From an uncultured bacterium (lineage in GTDB: Bacteria; Bacteroidota; Bacteroidia; Chitinophagales; CAIODY01), in the NCBI GenBank assembly GCA_903857255.1, contig CAIODY010000043.1, positions 18,334-82,333 on the forward strand: 64,000 nt of DNA, given 5' to 3'. Each line of letters begins with the position of its first letter. Position 1 is the stretch's first letter. Shown in pieces: positions 27,546 through 37,193 of this stretch. Under the pieces are notes generated by a model, which was given only the letters and a program-made list of their open reading frames with translations, did not search any database and was not told the DNA's origin. The translations under genes were made by a program, and so were the position numbers.

Positions 27546-27565
27546 CGTTCTCATTTCAAGAAATC

Positions 27566-28579
27566 ATGCTTGTAGAAAAACTAATCATTATCAGTTGCGT
27601 CATAGGTGCATCATTGGGTATAGCCATGTATTCTACTTTGTTAGAACGCAAATTAGCAGCTTGGTTACAAGACCGCATTGGTCCTAATCGTGCTGGTCCG
27701 GGCGGCATGTTGCAACCCTTAGCTGATGGGGTGAAATTATTTTTCAAAGAAGAATTTATACCAGCCAATGCGAATAAATTTTTGTTCATTATGGGTCCAT
27801 CCATAGCAATGTTGTTAGCTTGTATGGGTGGTGCAGTGATTCCGTGGGGTAATACTTTAGAAATAGCAGGCAGAACAGTTTCGTTGCAAATTGCCAATGT
27901 GAATATTGGGGTGTTGTATATGTTTGGTGTGGTTTCGTTAGGTGCTTATGGCATCATGATTGGCGGTTGGAGCAGCAATAATAAATATTCATTAATGGGT
28001 GCTATCCGTGCCGCTTCGCAAATCATTAGCTACGAACTTGCCATGGGCTTGAGTTTGATTGCATTAATCATGCTGAACGGCTCAATGAGTTTGAATGATA
28101 TTGTGGCACACCAAATCAACGGACATTGGAATGTAATTTATCAGCCACTTGGTTTTTTGATTTTCTTAGTGTGTGCATTTGCTGAAACCAATCGTGCACC
28201 ATTCGATTTGCCTGAATGCGAAACTGAATTGATTGGGGGTTATCATACCGAATATGGTAGCATGAAATTGGGTTTTTATCTGTTTGCTGAATACGTAAAC
28301 ATGTTTATTTCATCAGCCTTGATGAGTACATTATTTTTTGGTGGTTATGATATTCCGTTTGTTAGCCTTTTTGGTTTATCACACAATTTAGAAACCATTT
28401 TAGGCACGGTATTTTTGTTTGCAAAAATTGGTGGATTTATTTTCTTATTCATGTGGGTGCGTTGGACATTGCCACGTTTCCGTTATGACCAATTGATGAA
28501 TTTAGGTTGGAAAATGTTGATTCCTTTAGCATTGCTCAATTTGATTATTACCGCAGTTGTTGGCTTGCTTATCAAGTAA
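27566..28579 (+). CDS. nuoH: NADH-quinone oxidoreductase subunit H
   Basis: LERKLAAWLQDRIGPNRAGPGGMLQPLADGVKLFFKE... and ...ETNRAPFDLPECETELIGGYHTEYG are NuoH/ND1 signatures. ATG at 27566 is chosen over the ORF-track start at 27494. Confidence 0.92.
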   Translation: MLVEKLIIISCVIGASLGIAMYSTLLERKLAAWLQDRIGPNRAGPGGMLQPLADGVKLFFKEEFIPANANKFLFIMGPSIAMLLACMGGAVIPWGNTLEIAGRTVSLQIANVNIGVLYMFGVVSLGAYGIMIGGWSSNNKYSLMGAIRAASQIISYELAMGLSLIALIMLNGSMSLNDIVAHQINGHWNVIYQPLGFLIFLVCAFAETNRAPFDLPECETELIGGYHTEYGSMKLGFYLFAEYVNMFISSALMSTLFFGGYDIPFVSLFGLSHNLETILGTVFLFAKIGGFIFLFMWVRWTLPRFRYDQLMNLGWKMLIPLALLNLIITAVVGLLIK

Positions 28580-28581
28580 AA

Positions 28582-29193
28582 TCAATTTTTGTTTAGTGTT
28601 TGATAGCCATACATTCGCTCAAAATTTTTCATGATTAAATCTTCATTGGGGTATTTTGTAGCATCCCATTGTTCATTCAAATTCAAACCATTCACCACCG
28701 CCGAAGCTTGATACATAGCAGCTTTTACAGGGTTTTTTATTTCTTTCAAAGTGGAATAAACACTGTTGCCTGTTTCACGATTAATCAACAAAATCAATAG
28801 TTTGCCTTGCGTATCATACAAGTTTTTTAAAGGCTCTTCAAATTTTGTTCGTAACTCTTCTTCTTTTTGTTTCAAATAATTTTTGCGTTCTCTTTTGGAA
28901 AGTGTTGGCAATTTTGCATTCACTTCATTCACCAATCTGCCAGCTTCTTTCACATACGGAAACACTACTTTGATGTTATATTTCAGTTGATTGAATCTAT
29001 ATCGTTCTAAATCGTTGCCGAATTTTTTTTGTGCCACACACCATACGGTTGGCAAATGAAAATCATACACCGTATCACCATTTTCAACTGTAAACGGAAT
29101 TGAATCTAACACGTTATTGTTGTTGGTTTGGGCTTTCACATTTATACTTAACATCGCCAAAACCAATACCATCCATAATCCTACGCTTTTCAT
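28582..29193 (-). CDS. Secreted hypothetical protein (possibly DUF4294-like)
   Basis: It has a signal peptide (MKSVGLWMVLVLAMLSINVKAQ). The segment YRFNQLKYNIKVVFPYVKEAG resembles the DUF4294 family as I remember it, so the assignment is tentative. Confidence 0.6.
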   Translation of the reverse strand: MKSVGLWMVLVLAMLSINVKAQTNNNNVLDSIPFTVENGDTVYDFHLPTVWCVAQKKFGNDLERYRFNQLKYNIKVVFPYVKEAGRLVNEVNAKLPTLSKRERKNYLKQKEEELRTKFEEPLKNLYDTQGKLLILLINRETGNSVYSTLKEIKNPVKAAMYQASAVVNGLNLNEQWDATKYPNEDLIMKNFERMYGYQTLNKN

Positions 29194-29196
29194 ACT

Positions 29197-30474
29197 TTAT
29201 ACTGCTGTAATTAAAAAATAATTTTTCTTACCTTTTTGAAACAACAAATATTTTCCGTTTATCAGATTATCAGCATTAATATTCTGCTGAGTGCCTTCCA
29301 CTTTTTCTTTGTTCAAGGCAACACCACCTGCTTCTAACATTTTTTTTGCTTCGCCTTTTGAAGGAAAAATTGTTGTTGTTTCAGCCAATAGCGAAACAAC
29401 ATTGATGCCATTTTGTAAATCTGATTTTGAAATTTCAAATTGCGGAACACCAACAAAAATTTCTTTCCACTCGGTATCATTCAGATTTTTCAAATGGTCA
29501 ATATTAGCATTGCCAAATAATATTTCGCTGGTTTTAATAGCAATATTTACATCATCAGCCGAATGCACAATAGCTGTAACCTCTTTTGCCAATTGCGTTT
29601 GCAGCAATCGCAAGTGTGGTGCTTTTGCATGTTCACTTACAATTTCATCAATAGTATTTTTATCTAAAAATGAAAACAGTTTGATGAATTTTGCTGCATC
29701 TTCATCGCTTGCATTTATCCAGAATTGAAAAAACTGATAAGGTGTTGTCAGTTGTCTATCTAACCAGATTGCACCATTTTCGCTTTTGCCAAATTTTGTT
29801 CCATCCGATTTTGTAATCAGCGGCGCAGTTACTAAATGTGCTTCACCACCTTCCATTCGTCTGATTAATTCTAAGCCTGTAGTCATATTTCCCCATTGGT
29901 CACTGCCAGCCATTTGCACTCGGCAACCTTTATTTTTCCACAACCAATGATAATCGTAACCTTGAATTAATTGGTAAGAAAATTCGGTAAATGAAATGCC
30001 ATTGTCCATTCGATTTTGCACCGAATCCTTTGCCATCATGTAATTCACAGTGATGTGCTTACCTACATCGCGTAAAAAAGTAAACACATCCATATCCTTA
30101 AACCAGTCATAATTATTCACCATTTCGGCTTTATTATTGCCCGATTCAAAATCTAAATATTTAGCTAATTGCTTTTTAATAGCAGCTACATTTTCATTCA
30201 GTTTATCAACTGATAATAAAGTTCGTTCGGCTGATTTACCACTTGGGTCGCCAATTAAACCAGTTGCGCCGCCCACCAAAGCAATCGGTTTATGACCGCA
30301 GCGTTGAAAGCGCATCAACAACATGATTGGAACAAAATTTCCAATGGTTAATGAAGTAGCGGTTGGGTCAAAACCGCAATAGCCCGTAGTTTTATTGTTG
30401 TTTAAAAAATCTTCAATGCCTGGCGTTGATTGGTGTAATTGCCCACGCCATTGTAATTCTTCGATAAAATTCAT
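29197..30474 (-). CDS. tyrS: Tyrosine--tRNA ligase
   Basis: Motifs are GFDPTATSLTIGN (HIGH-region variant) and KFGKSENG (KMSKS-type), with a C-terminal S4-like domain. The protein is 425 aa. Confidence 0.9.
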   Translation of the reverse strand: MNFIEELQWRGQLHQSTPGIEDFLNNNKTTGYCGFDPTATSLTIGNFVPIMLLMRFQRCGHKPIALVGGATGLIGDPSGKSAERTLLSVDKLNENVAAIKKQLAKYLDFESGNNKAEMVNNYDWFKDMDVFTFLRDVGKHITVNYMMAKDSVQNRMDNGISFTEFSYQLIQGYDYHWLWKNKGCRVQMAGSDQWGNMTTGLELIRRMEGGEAHLVTAPLITKSDGTKFGKSENGAIWLDRQLTTPYQFFQFWINASDEDAAKFIKLFSFLDKNTIDEIVSEHAKAPHLRLLQTQLAKEVTAIVHSADDVNIAIKTSEILFGNANIDHLKNLNDTEWKEIFVGVPQFEISKSDLQNGINVVSLLAETTTIFPSKGEAKKMLEAGGVALNKEKVEGTQQNINADNLINGKYLLFQKGKKNYFLITAV

Positions 30475-30534
30475 TCCGATATTTTTTACAAATGTAAGAT
30501 TGAAAAAGCTTTGTTGTTATTTGATAACAGGCAT

Positions 30535-30567
30535 AAAAAAAGGCTTCTATTTTTTGAAGCCTTTTTT
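30535..30567 (-). terminator. Rho-independent terminator after the OmpA-family gene
   Basis: aaaggcttc-(8 nt)-gaagccttt has A/T runs on both sides and lies 13 nt downstream of the stop at 30580. Confidence 0.75.
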
Positions 30568-30579
30568 ATTATTTACTTT

Positions 30580-33396
30580 TTATTCCTCGTCATCCTTTTT
30601 CTTGTCAGCTGCTGCTGGTTTATTTTTCTTCGCTTCTTTGTCTGCTTTTTTCTTTGCTTCCGCTGCTTCCTTTTCTGCTTTCTTAGCTGCTTCTTTGGCT
30701 TGTTTTTCAGCCTTAGCTGCATCTTCTTTTGCCTTTTTCTCTGCTTCTTTTTTAGCCTTTTCTAAATTTTTATCGCTGCCGTTTGCTGATGATTTCTTCA
30801 CCTTTTCAGTATCTTCTTTTGCCTTTTTCTCTGCTTTTATTTTTTCTTCCTTCGCTTTTTTCTCTGCTTCTTTTTGTTGCTTAGCACTCATTTTAGAAGT
30901 TGCCGAAGCAGGCGTTGGTTCAGCATCTTCGTTATCATCATTCTTCACGTTAGTATTCACTGAATTGTTATTCTGAATAGTTGATGATGATTTAGGCGCA
31001 GATTGTTGCGGTGCAACATTTTCAGGAGCATTAAAGTTGGGTTGCGGTGCTTTTTTTCTGTTGGCATTAATCTCACGAATTTGCACTTCGGGTTGTTCAT
31101 CTTCTACATCAACAGGTTTTTCTTGCACCTTTTCGTAATTGTTTGAATTGAACAATGTGCCAGCACTGTGTTTTTCGGTTTTAGCTGCTTGCGTTGCATC
31201 AACTACATTTCCATTAGAAGTTAATTCCTGACGACCTAAGCCCATTGATTCTTGCTCCAATTTTTCATGCGTTGATGAAGTAGAATCAATCACTGAAGGC
31301 ATGCCTTGGTTGTAAACAATATTCACACCTTTCACCTGTCCTAAGATTTTAAACTCTGTTCTACGATTTCTTTGACGACATACTGGGCAATCGCTTCCAT
31401 CCGGATTTTCGTTTGGCACTTCTGGATTTCTTTCACCATAACCTTTTGCTTCCAATCGCGATGCTTCAATGCCATGCACAATTAAATAATCAACCACACT
31501 TTGTGCACGAGCTTGTGAAAGTCTGTCATTATATTCATCCGAACCTTTGCTATCTGTATGTGAACCAATTTCTACACGAATATTGGGTTGGTCATTCATA
31601 AATTTAGTTAAAGCCATCAAAGCCGAATCAGATTCAGGGCGCAATGTTGCTTTATCAAAATCATAGAAAATACCTTCTAATCTTACTGTTTCAACTGTGA
31701 TTGGACGTAAGAAAATATCTACTCTTAAAGTATCACTTTCCGTTAATCCTTCAAAACTGGCGGCTGCATAACCATCGTAGTAGCCATTTTTAGAAGCTTT
31801 TAATTTATATACTGCATCTTTTTCAGTATCGAAAAAATATTTTTTCTGTTTGAATGAGCAGGTGTCCATCTTTAATGTTTTAGGGCTGTTGGCATTGTTT
31901 TGCAAATACACAATTACATCAGTTAATGGCGTAGCTTTTTCTTTATCATTCACATCAAACACATAGCCTTTCAAAGCGAAATGTGGAATGATGTTGATTT
32001 TAAATTCAAAAATATCATCGCAACAAGTTGGGCTTTTGATGGATGCACCATCAGATGATTTGAAATAAAAATCTTCAGGGCGATTTGAAACAAAAAATCC
32101 ACCACGATGATTAGGCGTTAAAGTATAATAACGGTCATCAACACATGAATTGATTGGATAGCCAACGTTTTCAGCATCCATAAATTTCTTTCCATCGGCA
32201 GCAGCTTTGTAAATATCAAATCCACCTAAACCAATTCTGCCATTAGAAGAAAAATACAAAACGTTTTCTACGTTATCATAAAATGGTGTGCAATCATCAG
32301 CTTTCGTATTAATTTGTTTACCCAGATTTTCTGCTTCTGCACATTCGCCGTCTGATGAAATTTTTGAGCGCCAAATATCCAATCCACCTACGCCACCATC
32401 TCTGTCTGAAACAAAATACAAGAAAGTGCCACCGCCTGTTCTGCCCACTGTTGGTTGGGTATTGGTGCTTTTTGGTGCATTAACTTTTGAGTTTAATTTG
32501 ATTGGTTTTTGCCATTCGCCATTTTCTTTTTTGCTCATGTAAATGTCGCATTGAATATGCAAATCAACTGGACTGATTTCATGACAACGAGTAAAGAAAA
32601 AAGTTTTTCCATTGGGGCTAAATGAACCATTACCAGTGTGGTCAACATCACTGTTGATATTATCATTGCCAAATTGTGTTCCCTTTGTCCAATGATTTCC
32701 CTTTCGTGTTGAACGATAAATTCTGCTCACATAATTGGTTCTATTATTTTCACCAATAATCACCACAGTATCCGATTTTACTGATGTGTAAACCATGGCA
32801 TCATTACCATCAGCAGCCGGACCAAAATCAGAATAAGGATTATTAACTGCACTGCCCAAATGTTTAATTTCTAAATTTGGAATTGGATGCGCCATTTGGT
32901 CTAATGCCATTTCGCAACCATCTAATTCAATACGAGCTTGGCGTTTCAATTCTTTTGAATTGGAGCCACGATAGTTATCTAGGAAATCAGATAATAAAGG
33001 TTTTGCTTGCTCTTGCTTGCAGTTGTAACGCATCATCATCGCTTGATAAAACTGTGCAGCGCCATTGCCGCTTTTATCCATGTCATAAGCTTTTTTATAC
33101 CATTCTTCTGCACGTTTGTAATCTCTTGAATAACGATATGATTCAGCCAATTTGAAAGTAACATCCGCATCGCTGTTGTCATCTACTAAATAATCTTTGT
33201 AATATTCAATAGCGTTATAAAAACTACCCGAGTTGAATAAATCATCACCAATTTTTTTCTTGTCTTTATGACTGATTTGCTTTAATTCATGATTGTATTT
33301 ATCATCAATATTCGCATCCAACTGGGCTTTCAACGTATTGTGAAAAGCACTTGCCATCACAATCATCAATAAAATAAATCCTGTTTTTAATTTCAT
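30580..33396 (-). CDS. OmpA-family protein with TPR-like N-terminus, TolB-like beta-propeller repeats, OmpA peptidoglycan-binding domain and a long K/A/E-rich tail
   Basis: It has a signal peptide. The OmpA_C core is FDKATLRPESD...SHTDSKGSDEYNDRLSQARAQSVVDYL...NRRTEFKI. After it come about 250 aa of low-complexity sequence ending in AEKKAKE-type repeats. Confidence 0.85.
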   Translation of the reverse strand: MKLKTGFILLMIVMASAFHNTLKAQLDANIDDKYNHELKQISHKDKKKIGDDLFNSGSFYNAIEYYKDYLVDDNSDADVTFKLAESYRYSRDYKRAEEWYKKAYDMDKSGNGAAQFYQAMMMRYNCKQEQAKPLLSDFLDNYRGSNSKELKRQARIELDGCEMALDQMAHPIPNLEIKHLGSAVNNPYSDFGPAADGNDAMVYTSVKSDTVVIIGENNRTNYVSRIYRSTRKGNHWTKGTQFGNDNINSDVDHTGNGSFSPNGKTFFFTRCHEISPVDLHIQCDIYMSKKENGEWQKPIKLNSKVNAPKSTNTQPTVGRTGGGTFLYFVSDRDGGVGGLDIWRSKISSDGECAEAENLGKQINTKADDCTPFYDNVENVLYFSSNGRIGLGGFDIYKAAADGKKFMDAENVGYPINSCVDDRYYTLTPNHRGGFFVSNRPEDFYFKSSDGASIKSPTCCDDIFEFKINIIPHFALKGYVFDVNDKEKATPLTDVIVYLQNNANSPKTLKMDTCSFKQKKYFFDTEKDAVYKLKASKNGYYDGYAAASFEGLTESDTLRVDIFLRPITVETVRLEGIFYDFDKATLRPESDSALMALTKFMNDQPNIRVEIGSHTDSKGSDEYNDRLSQARAQSVVDYLIVHGIEASRLEAKGYGERNPEVPNENPDGSDCPVCRQRNRRTEFKILGQVKGVNIVYNQGMPSVIDSTSSTHEKLEQESMGLGRQELTSNGNVVDATQAAKTEKHSAGTLFNSNNYEKVQEKPVDVEDEQPEVQIREINANRKKAPQPNFNAPENVAPQQSAPKSSSTIQNNNSVNTNVKNDDNEDAEPTPASATSKMSAKQQKEAEKKAKEEKIKAEKKAKEDTEKVKKSSANGSDKNLEKAKKEAEKKAKEDAAKAEKQAKEAAKKAEKEAAEAKKKADKEAKKNKPAAADKKKDDEE

Positions 33397-33449
33397 ATGG
33401 TTTCTCTGAAAACTCGAAAACTGTTTAAAAAATATTTTTTATTCAACAA

Positions 33450-34517
33450 TTAAAATCTTGGGCAAACAAACATTTTGTTGATGTGATAAGGAATCAAACG
33501 ACAAGGAGATTTGTACATAATTGCTAATTCAAATCCACCTTTTCCATGCGATGCCGAACTTAATGACGATGAATTCACGTCATAAGTAATTCCAACTCGA
33601 TAGCCTTTATATTCGCCACCCATCAACACTTGCACGGCATCGTTCCAACGATAATAAGGACCAGCAAACAATGTGAAAGGTTCGTTAGCTTTTGGGTCAA
33701 CTGTATAATCGAAATCAGCACCGAAATTTAATTCTTGTGCTTTGGCTTGGCGGAAATACAAAGCATTAGGTTGAATAGTCCATTTCTCATTGATGATAAA
33801 TCGAGCACCTGCATTCGCCATAGTTCGCATTGGCAATGGTACAGAATAACCACTGTAAAAACTTTCATTGGGTTGCAACATGTGGAATGCGGAAGCACCT
33901 ACCCAAAAATTAATTTCATCTGTTGGTGCAGCAGAAAATTGAATCCCAGTATTCAAATCAAAAACAGAATAGGAAGTATTTGATAAGGTTGCTGGTTCTC
34001 CATTAGGCAATGTGTTGTTAATGATACCAATACCTTGCTGATACTGTGCTTCAAAAGTTAAATTATTTACATTTAGGTTTCTGTTTCTAATACTCGGCTG
34101 AACACCGATGGATAACTTATATTTTTTAGGATGGTCATCGCCCAAAGCTAAGTGCAAAGCAACTGATGGGTTAATTTCGATAGTAGATAAATTGCCATCA
34201 CCAGCTCGGTCATCATACAAACTCAAACCCAAACCCAACGACGAATTTCTTTTATTGTTGAAATAAATAGGCACATCAAAATAGCCAGCAAAAGTTACAT
34301 AAGGCGTAGTTACACTTGCCCACTGATTGCGGTAATTGATACCAGCACGCCAATTACAAGCCAAGCCCGTTTGAGCAGGATTCAACAACAGCGGATTGTG
34401 ATAGAATTGTGTAAAATGAACATCTTGCGCCGAAGCTTGTTGAAAATGTCCTAAGTAAAAAAACGAAATCAATGCGATTCCGATTTTAAAAAGTTGAGAG
34501 TAGGATTTCGATTTCAT
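33450..34517 (-). CDS. PorP/SprF-family type IX secretion system membrane protein
   Basis: DVHFTQFYHNPLLLNPAQTG directly after the signal peptide is the family hallmark. The rest has a beta-barrel pattern. ATG at 34517 is preferred over TTG at 34526. Confidence 0.85.
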   Translation of the reverse strand: MKSKSYSQLFKIGIALISFFYLGHFQQASAQDVHFTQFYHNPLLLNPAQTGLACNWRAGINYRNQWASVTTPYVTFAGYFDVPIYFNNKRNSSLGLGLSLYDDRAGDGNLSTIEINPSVALHLALGDDHPKKYKLSIGVQPSIRNRNLNVNNLTFEAQYQQGIGIINNTLPNGEPATLSNTSYSVFDLNTGIQFSAAPTDEINFWVGASAFHMLQPNESFYSGYSVPLPMRTMANAGARFIINEKWTIQPNALYFRQAKAQELNFGADFDYTVDPKANEPFTLFAGPYYRWNDAVQVLMGGEYKGYRVGITYDVNSSSLSSASHGKGGFELAIMYKSPCRLIPYHINKMFVCPRF

Positions 34518-34693
34518 GAAAAACAAGTTTAAAATGTTGACATAGTTTTTAAAATGAAGTGCAAGATAAATAATGTTCTACATATTATTTTCAAGATTTT
34601 GCAAAATAAAATTCGCAACATTTGGTTAGGAAGTTTATCATTAAAACCTATTAATAGCAATTATATTTAAACCCAATTCAAAAATAGCAACGT

Positions 34694-36187
34694 ATGAATA
34701 ATTCTAATTACGAAAAATATGTGGCGATGATGCAAAAAGTGGCTGATGTTCGCAACGCCATCGCTGTTTTAAGTTGGGACCAAGAAACTTATCAACCTGC
34801 TATGGGAGCGGATTTCAGAGGGCAGCAAATTTCTACCTTGAGTGGCTTAGCGCACGATTTATTTTTGAATCCTGAATTAGAAAAAGTATTGATTGATTTG
34901 CAAACTGATGATTCATTAACCGATTCGCAGAAAAAAAATGCACAATTATCTTTTGATGATTTGAAACGAGAAAAAAAATATTCTACTGCTTTTGTGGAAG
35001 AAAATTCAAAAGCAATTTCCGAAGCGTATCATGCTTGGGTAGAAGCTCGAAGCAAAAATGATTTCAAAATTTTTGAACCCAAACTGAAAAAATTGGTGGA
35101 ATTGAAACGAAAAGAAACTGAATTATTGGGCTACGAAAATCATCCTTATGATGCTTTGTTGAATTTATACGAACCGCTGCAAACTGTTGCCAATACTGAT
35201 GTTTTGTTTGATGATTTGAAAAAAGAATTAGTGCCTTTCATTAAAACAATTGCAGAAAAAAAGCAACCCAAAAACGATTTTATGTTTGGCAATTTTCCCA
35301 AACAAAATCAATGGCAATTGGGTATCGAATTGTTGAAACAAATGAATTTTGATTTCAAGGCTGGCAGGCAAGATGAATCGGTACATCCCTTCACCACTGC
35401 GTTTGCGCCCACTGATGTGCGGCTAACCACACACATTGAAGAACGAAATTTTTACACCATGATTTGGAGTTGCTTGCACGAAGGCGGACATGGGTTGTAC
35501 GAACAAGGCTTGTCAACCAGCTACTATGGCTTGCCTGGAGGCGAAGCAGTTTCGTTGGGCATTCACGAATCGCAAAGCCGATTGTGGGAAAATATGGTGG
35601 GTAGAAGTTTAAATTATTGGAAAGGCAATTGGAAAACGGTGCAACAATTTTTTCCTGGAAAGTTTGAAAACCTTACTGTTACTGATTTCTACAAAGCTAT
35701 CAACATGGTTGAGCCATCGTTAATTCGCATCGAAGCAGATGAATTGACTTACCATTTTCATGTCATCATTCGATATGAAATTGAAAAACTGTTGTTGGAT
35801 GGAAGCCTTGAAGTGGCTGATATTCCTGCGGTTTGGAACAAAAAATATCTTGATTACTTGGGCGTAAAAGTGCCCAATGATGCGATGGGTTGCTTGCAAG
35901 ATATTCATTGGAGTCATGGCAGTTTTGGGTATTTTCCAACCTACACCATCGGCAGTTTGTATGCCGCACAATTTTTTCATTTTGCAAAAAAAGAAATTGT
36001 TGGTTTAGATGCGATGATTGAAAATGGAGAGCTGAAGCCACTTTTAGAATGGTTGCGAAAAAAAATCCATCAACACGGTAGATTAAAATCGGCAAAAGAA
36101 ATTTCAGAAAATATTTGTGACGAACCACTCAACGTAAAATATTTCGTGGATTATGCGAAAGAAAAATTTGGCAATTTATATCCGTAA
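34694..36187 (+). CDS. M32 carboxypeptidase (Taq-type metallocarboxypeptidase)
   Basis: Motifs are HEGGHGLYEQG (HExxH), HESQSRLWEN and DIHWSHGSFGYFPTY, all M32 hallmarks. Confidence 0.88.
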   Translation: MNNSNYEKYVAMMQKVADVRNAIAVLSWDQETYQPAMGADFRGQQISTLSGLAHDLFLNPELEKVLIDLQTDDSLTDSQKKNAQLSFDDLKREKKYSTAFVEENSKAISEAYHAWVEARSKNDFKIFEPKLKKLVELKRKETELLGYENHPYDALLNLYEPLQTVANTDVLFDDLKKELVPFIKTIAEKKQPKNDFMFGNFPKQNQWQLGIELLKQMNFDFKAGRQDESVHPFTTAFAPTDVRLTTHIEERNFYTMIWSCLHEGGHGLYEQGLSTSYYGLPGGEAVSLGIHESQSRLWENMVGRSLNYWKGNWKTVQQFFPGKFENLTVTDFYKAINMVEPSLIRIEADELTYHFHVIIRYEIEKLLLDGSLEVADIPAVWNKKYLDYLGVKVPNDAMGCLQDIHWSHGSFGYFPTYTIGSLYAAQFFHFAKKEIVGLDAMIENGELKPLLEWLRKKIHQHGRLKSAKEISENICDEPLNVKYFVDYAKEKFGNLYP

Positions 36188-36194
36188 GAAAAAC

Positions 36195-36231
36195 AAAAAA
36201 ACGCCAACCAAATTTCTTCAGTCAGCGTTTT
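36195..36231. terminator. Hairpin (aaaacgc...gcgtttt) with a long loop, possible bidirectional terminator
   Basis: A 7-bp stem with a 20-nt loop. The T7 run is on the minus-strand side, and TTTTG follows on the plus side. Confidence 0.4.
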
Positions 36232-36425
36232 GTATGAAAAGAAAAACCCTAAGACTTTACAAATTGATAATAGTAACAAGCATCAAAGCGTACATCGCCC
36301 AAAATATCAGAAATAGTTTTTTCATCGTAAATAAAAAATGAGGTTAAGAAAATAATTACGAAAGTGTGATTACAAAAAAATCGAAAAGTTTAATGACTTG
36401 TTTTATTTTCCGGAAAAGAAAAGAA

Positions 36426-37100
36426 TCAAATCCGCTCATTAAATTCTTTCAAATAAAATGGCTCAGAATAGGCTACATCACTGAATTCGTGATGTTTTAA
36501 TTTTTTCAAAGCAATGCTGAATAAATATTTTGCTTCACAAATTTCTTCAGTTAAAAAATTTACTTTTTCGTGGCTTAAAACAGTTTTTGTTTTCACAACA
36601 CCTGGTCCACCAAAAATTATTTTTTTGTTTTCAGCAATTAATTCCTGCCAACTATTTTCTGTTACAATCATAGCTTTGGGTTCTTCCACGATTTCCAATT
36701 CATTGTTGTAAGCGGCGGTGTAAACTTCCATGCGCCGTGCATCGAGCAATGGCACATAAACTGCATTTTCATTTTCGCAAATTTGTATCATTCCATTCGC
36801 CATCATTTCTAAAGTTGAAATGGTAATCAACGGAATTTTCAAAGCAGTGCATAATGCTTTTGCAAAACTTAAACCAACCCGTAAACCAGTGTACGAGCCA
36901 GGTCCGATGCCAACTACTACCACATTTATTTGCGCCAATTGCAAATTGGTGGCTTGCAAACAGGCTTGCACAAATGATGGTAAAATTGCTGCATGATTAA
37001 ATCCATCATTTTGAAATTTTTGAAATAAAATTGCATCATCATTGCCAATAGCAACGCTGCAATTTTGTGTAGAAGTATCCATCAGCAATAAATGATTCAT
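36426..37100 (-). CDS. tsaB: tRNA threonylcarbamoyladenosine biosynthesis protein TsaB
   Basis: LLMDTSTQNCSVAIG...GIGPGSYTGLRVGLSFAKAL is typical TsaB. ATG at 37100 is preferred. Confidence 0.85.
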   Translation of the reverse strand: MNHLLLMDTSTQNCSVAIGNDDAILFQKFQNDGFNHAAILPSFVQACLQATNLQLAQINVVVVGIGPGSYTGLRVGLSFAKALCTALKIPLITISTLEMMANGMIQICENENAVYVPLLDARRMEVYTAAYNNELEIVEEPKAMIVTENSWQELIAENKKIIFGGPGVVKTKTVLSHEKVNFLTEEICEAKYLFSIALKKLKHHEFSDVAYSEPFYLKEFNERI

Positions 37101-37130
37101 GCGTTGCAAAGGTAAGTTTTTGATTTGCAT

Positions 37131-37173
37131 AAAATAAAAAATCGCCTTGCAACCGAAGCCGCAAAGCGATTTT
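37131..37173 (-). terminator. Rho-independent terminator after recA
   Basis: On the minus strand: aaaatcgctttgc-ggcttcggtt-gcaaggcgattttttatttt. It lies 21 nt after the recA stop. Confidence 0.75.
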
Positions 37174-37193
37174 AAAAAGCTCTAATGTAGCAA

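Noticed and set aside
19046-27565. Calling the accessory stretch a genomic island or mobile element
   Set aside because: No integrase, transposase, tRNA target or direct-repeat boundaries are visible in the window. Only composition (spot counts) and gene content suggest horizontal origin, so no mobile_element feature is claimed.
30395-30976. Plus-strand ORFs (193 aa and 84 aa) rich in F, S, L, A and C
   Set aside because: They are antisense to the K/A/E-rich tail of the OmpA-family gene. Their composition is the mirror image of that low-complexity coding region. They have no independent start context.
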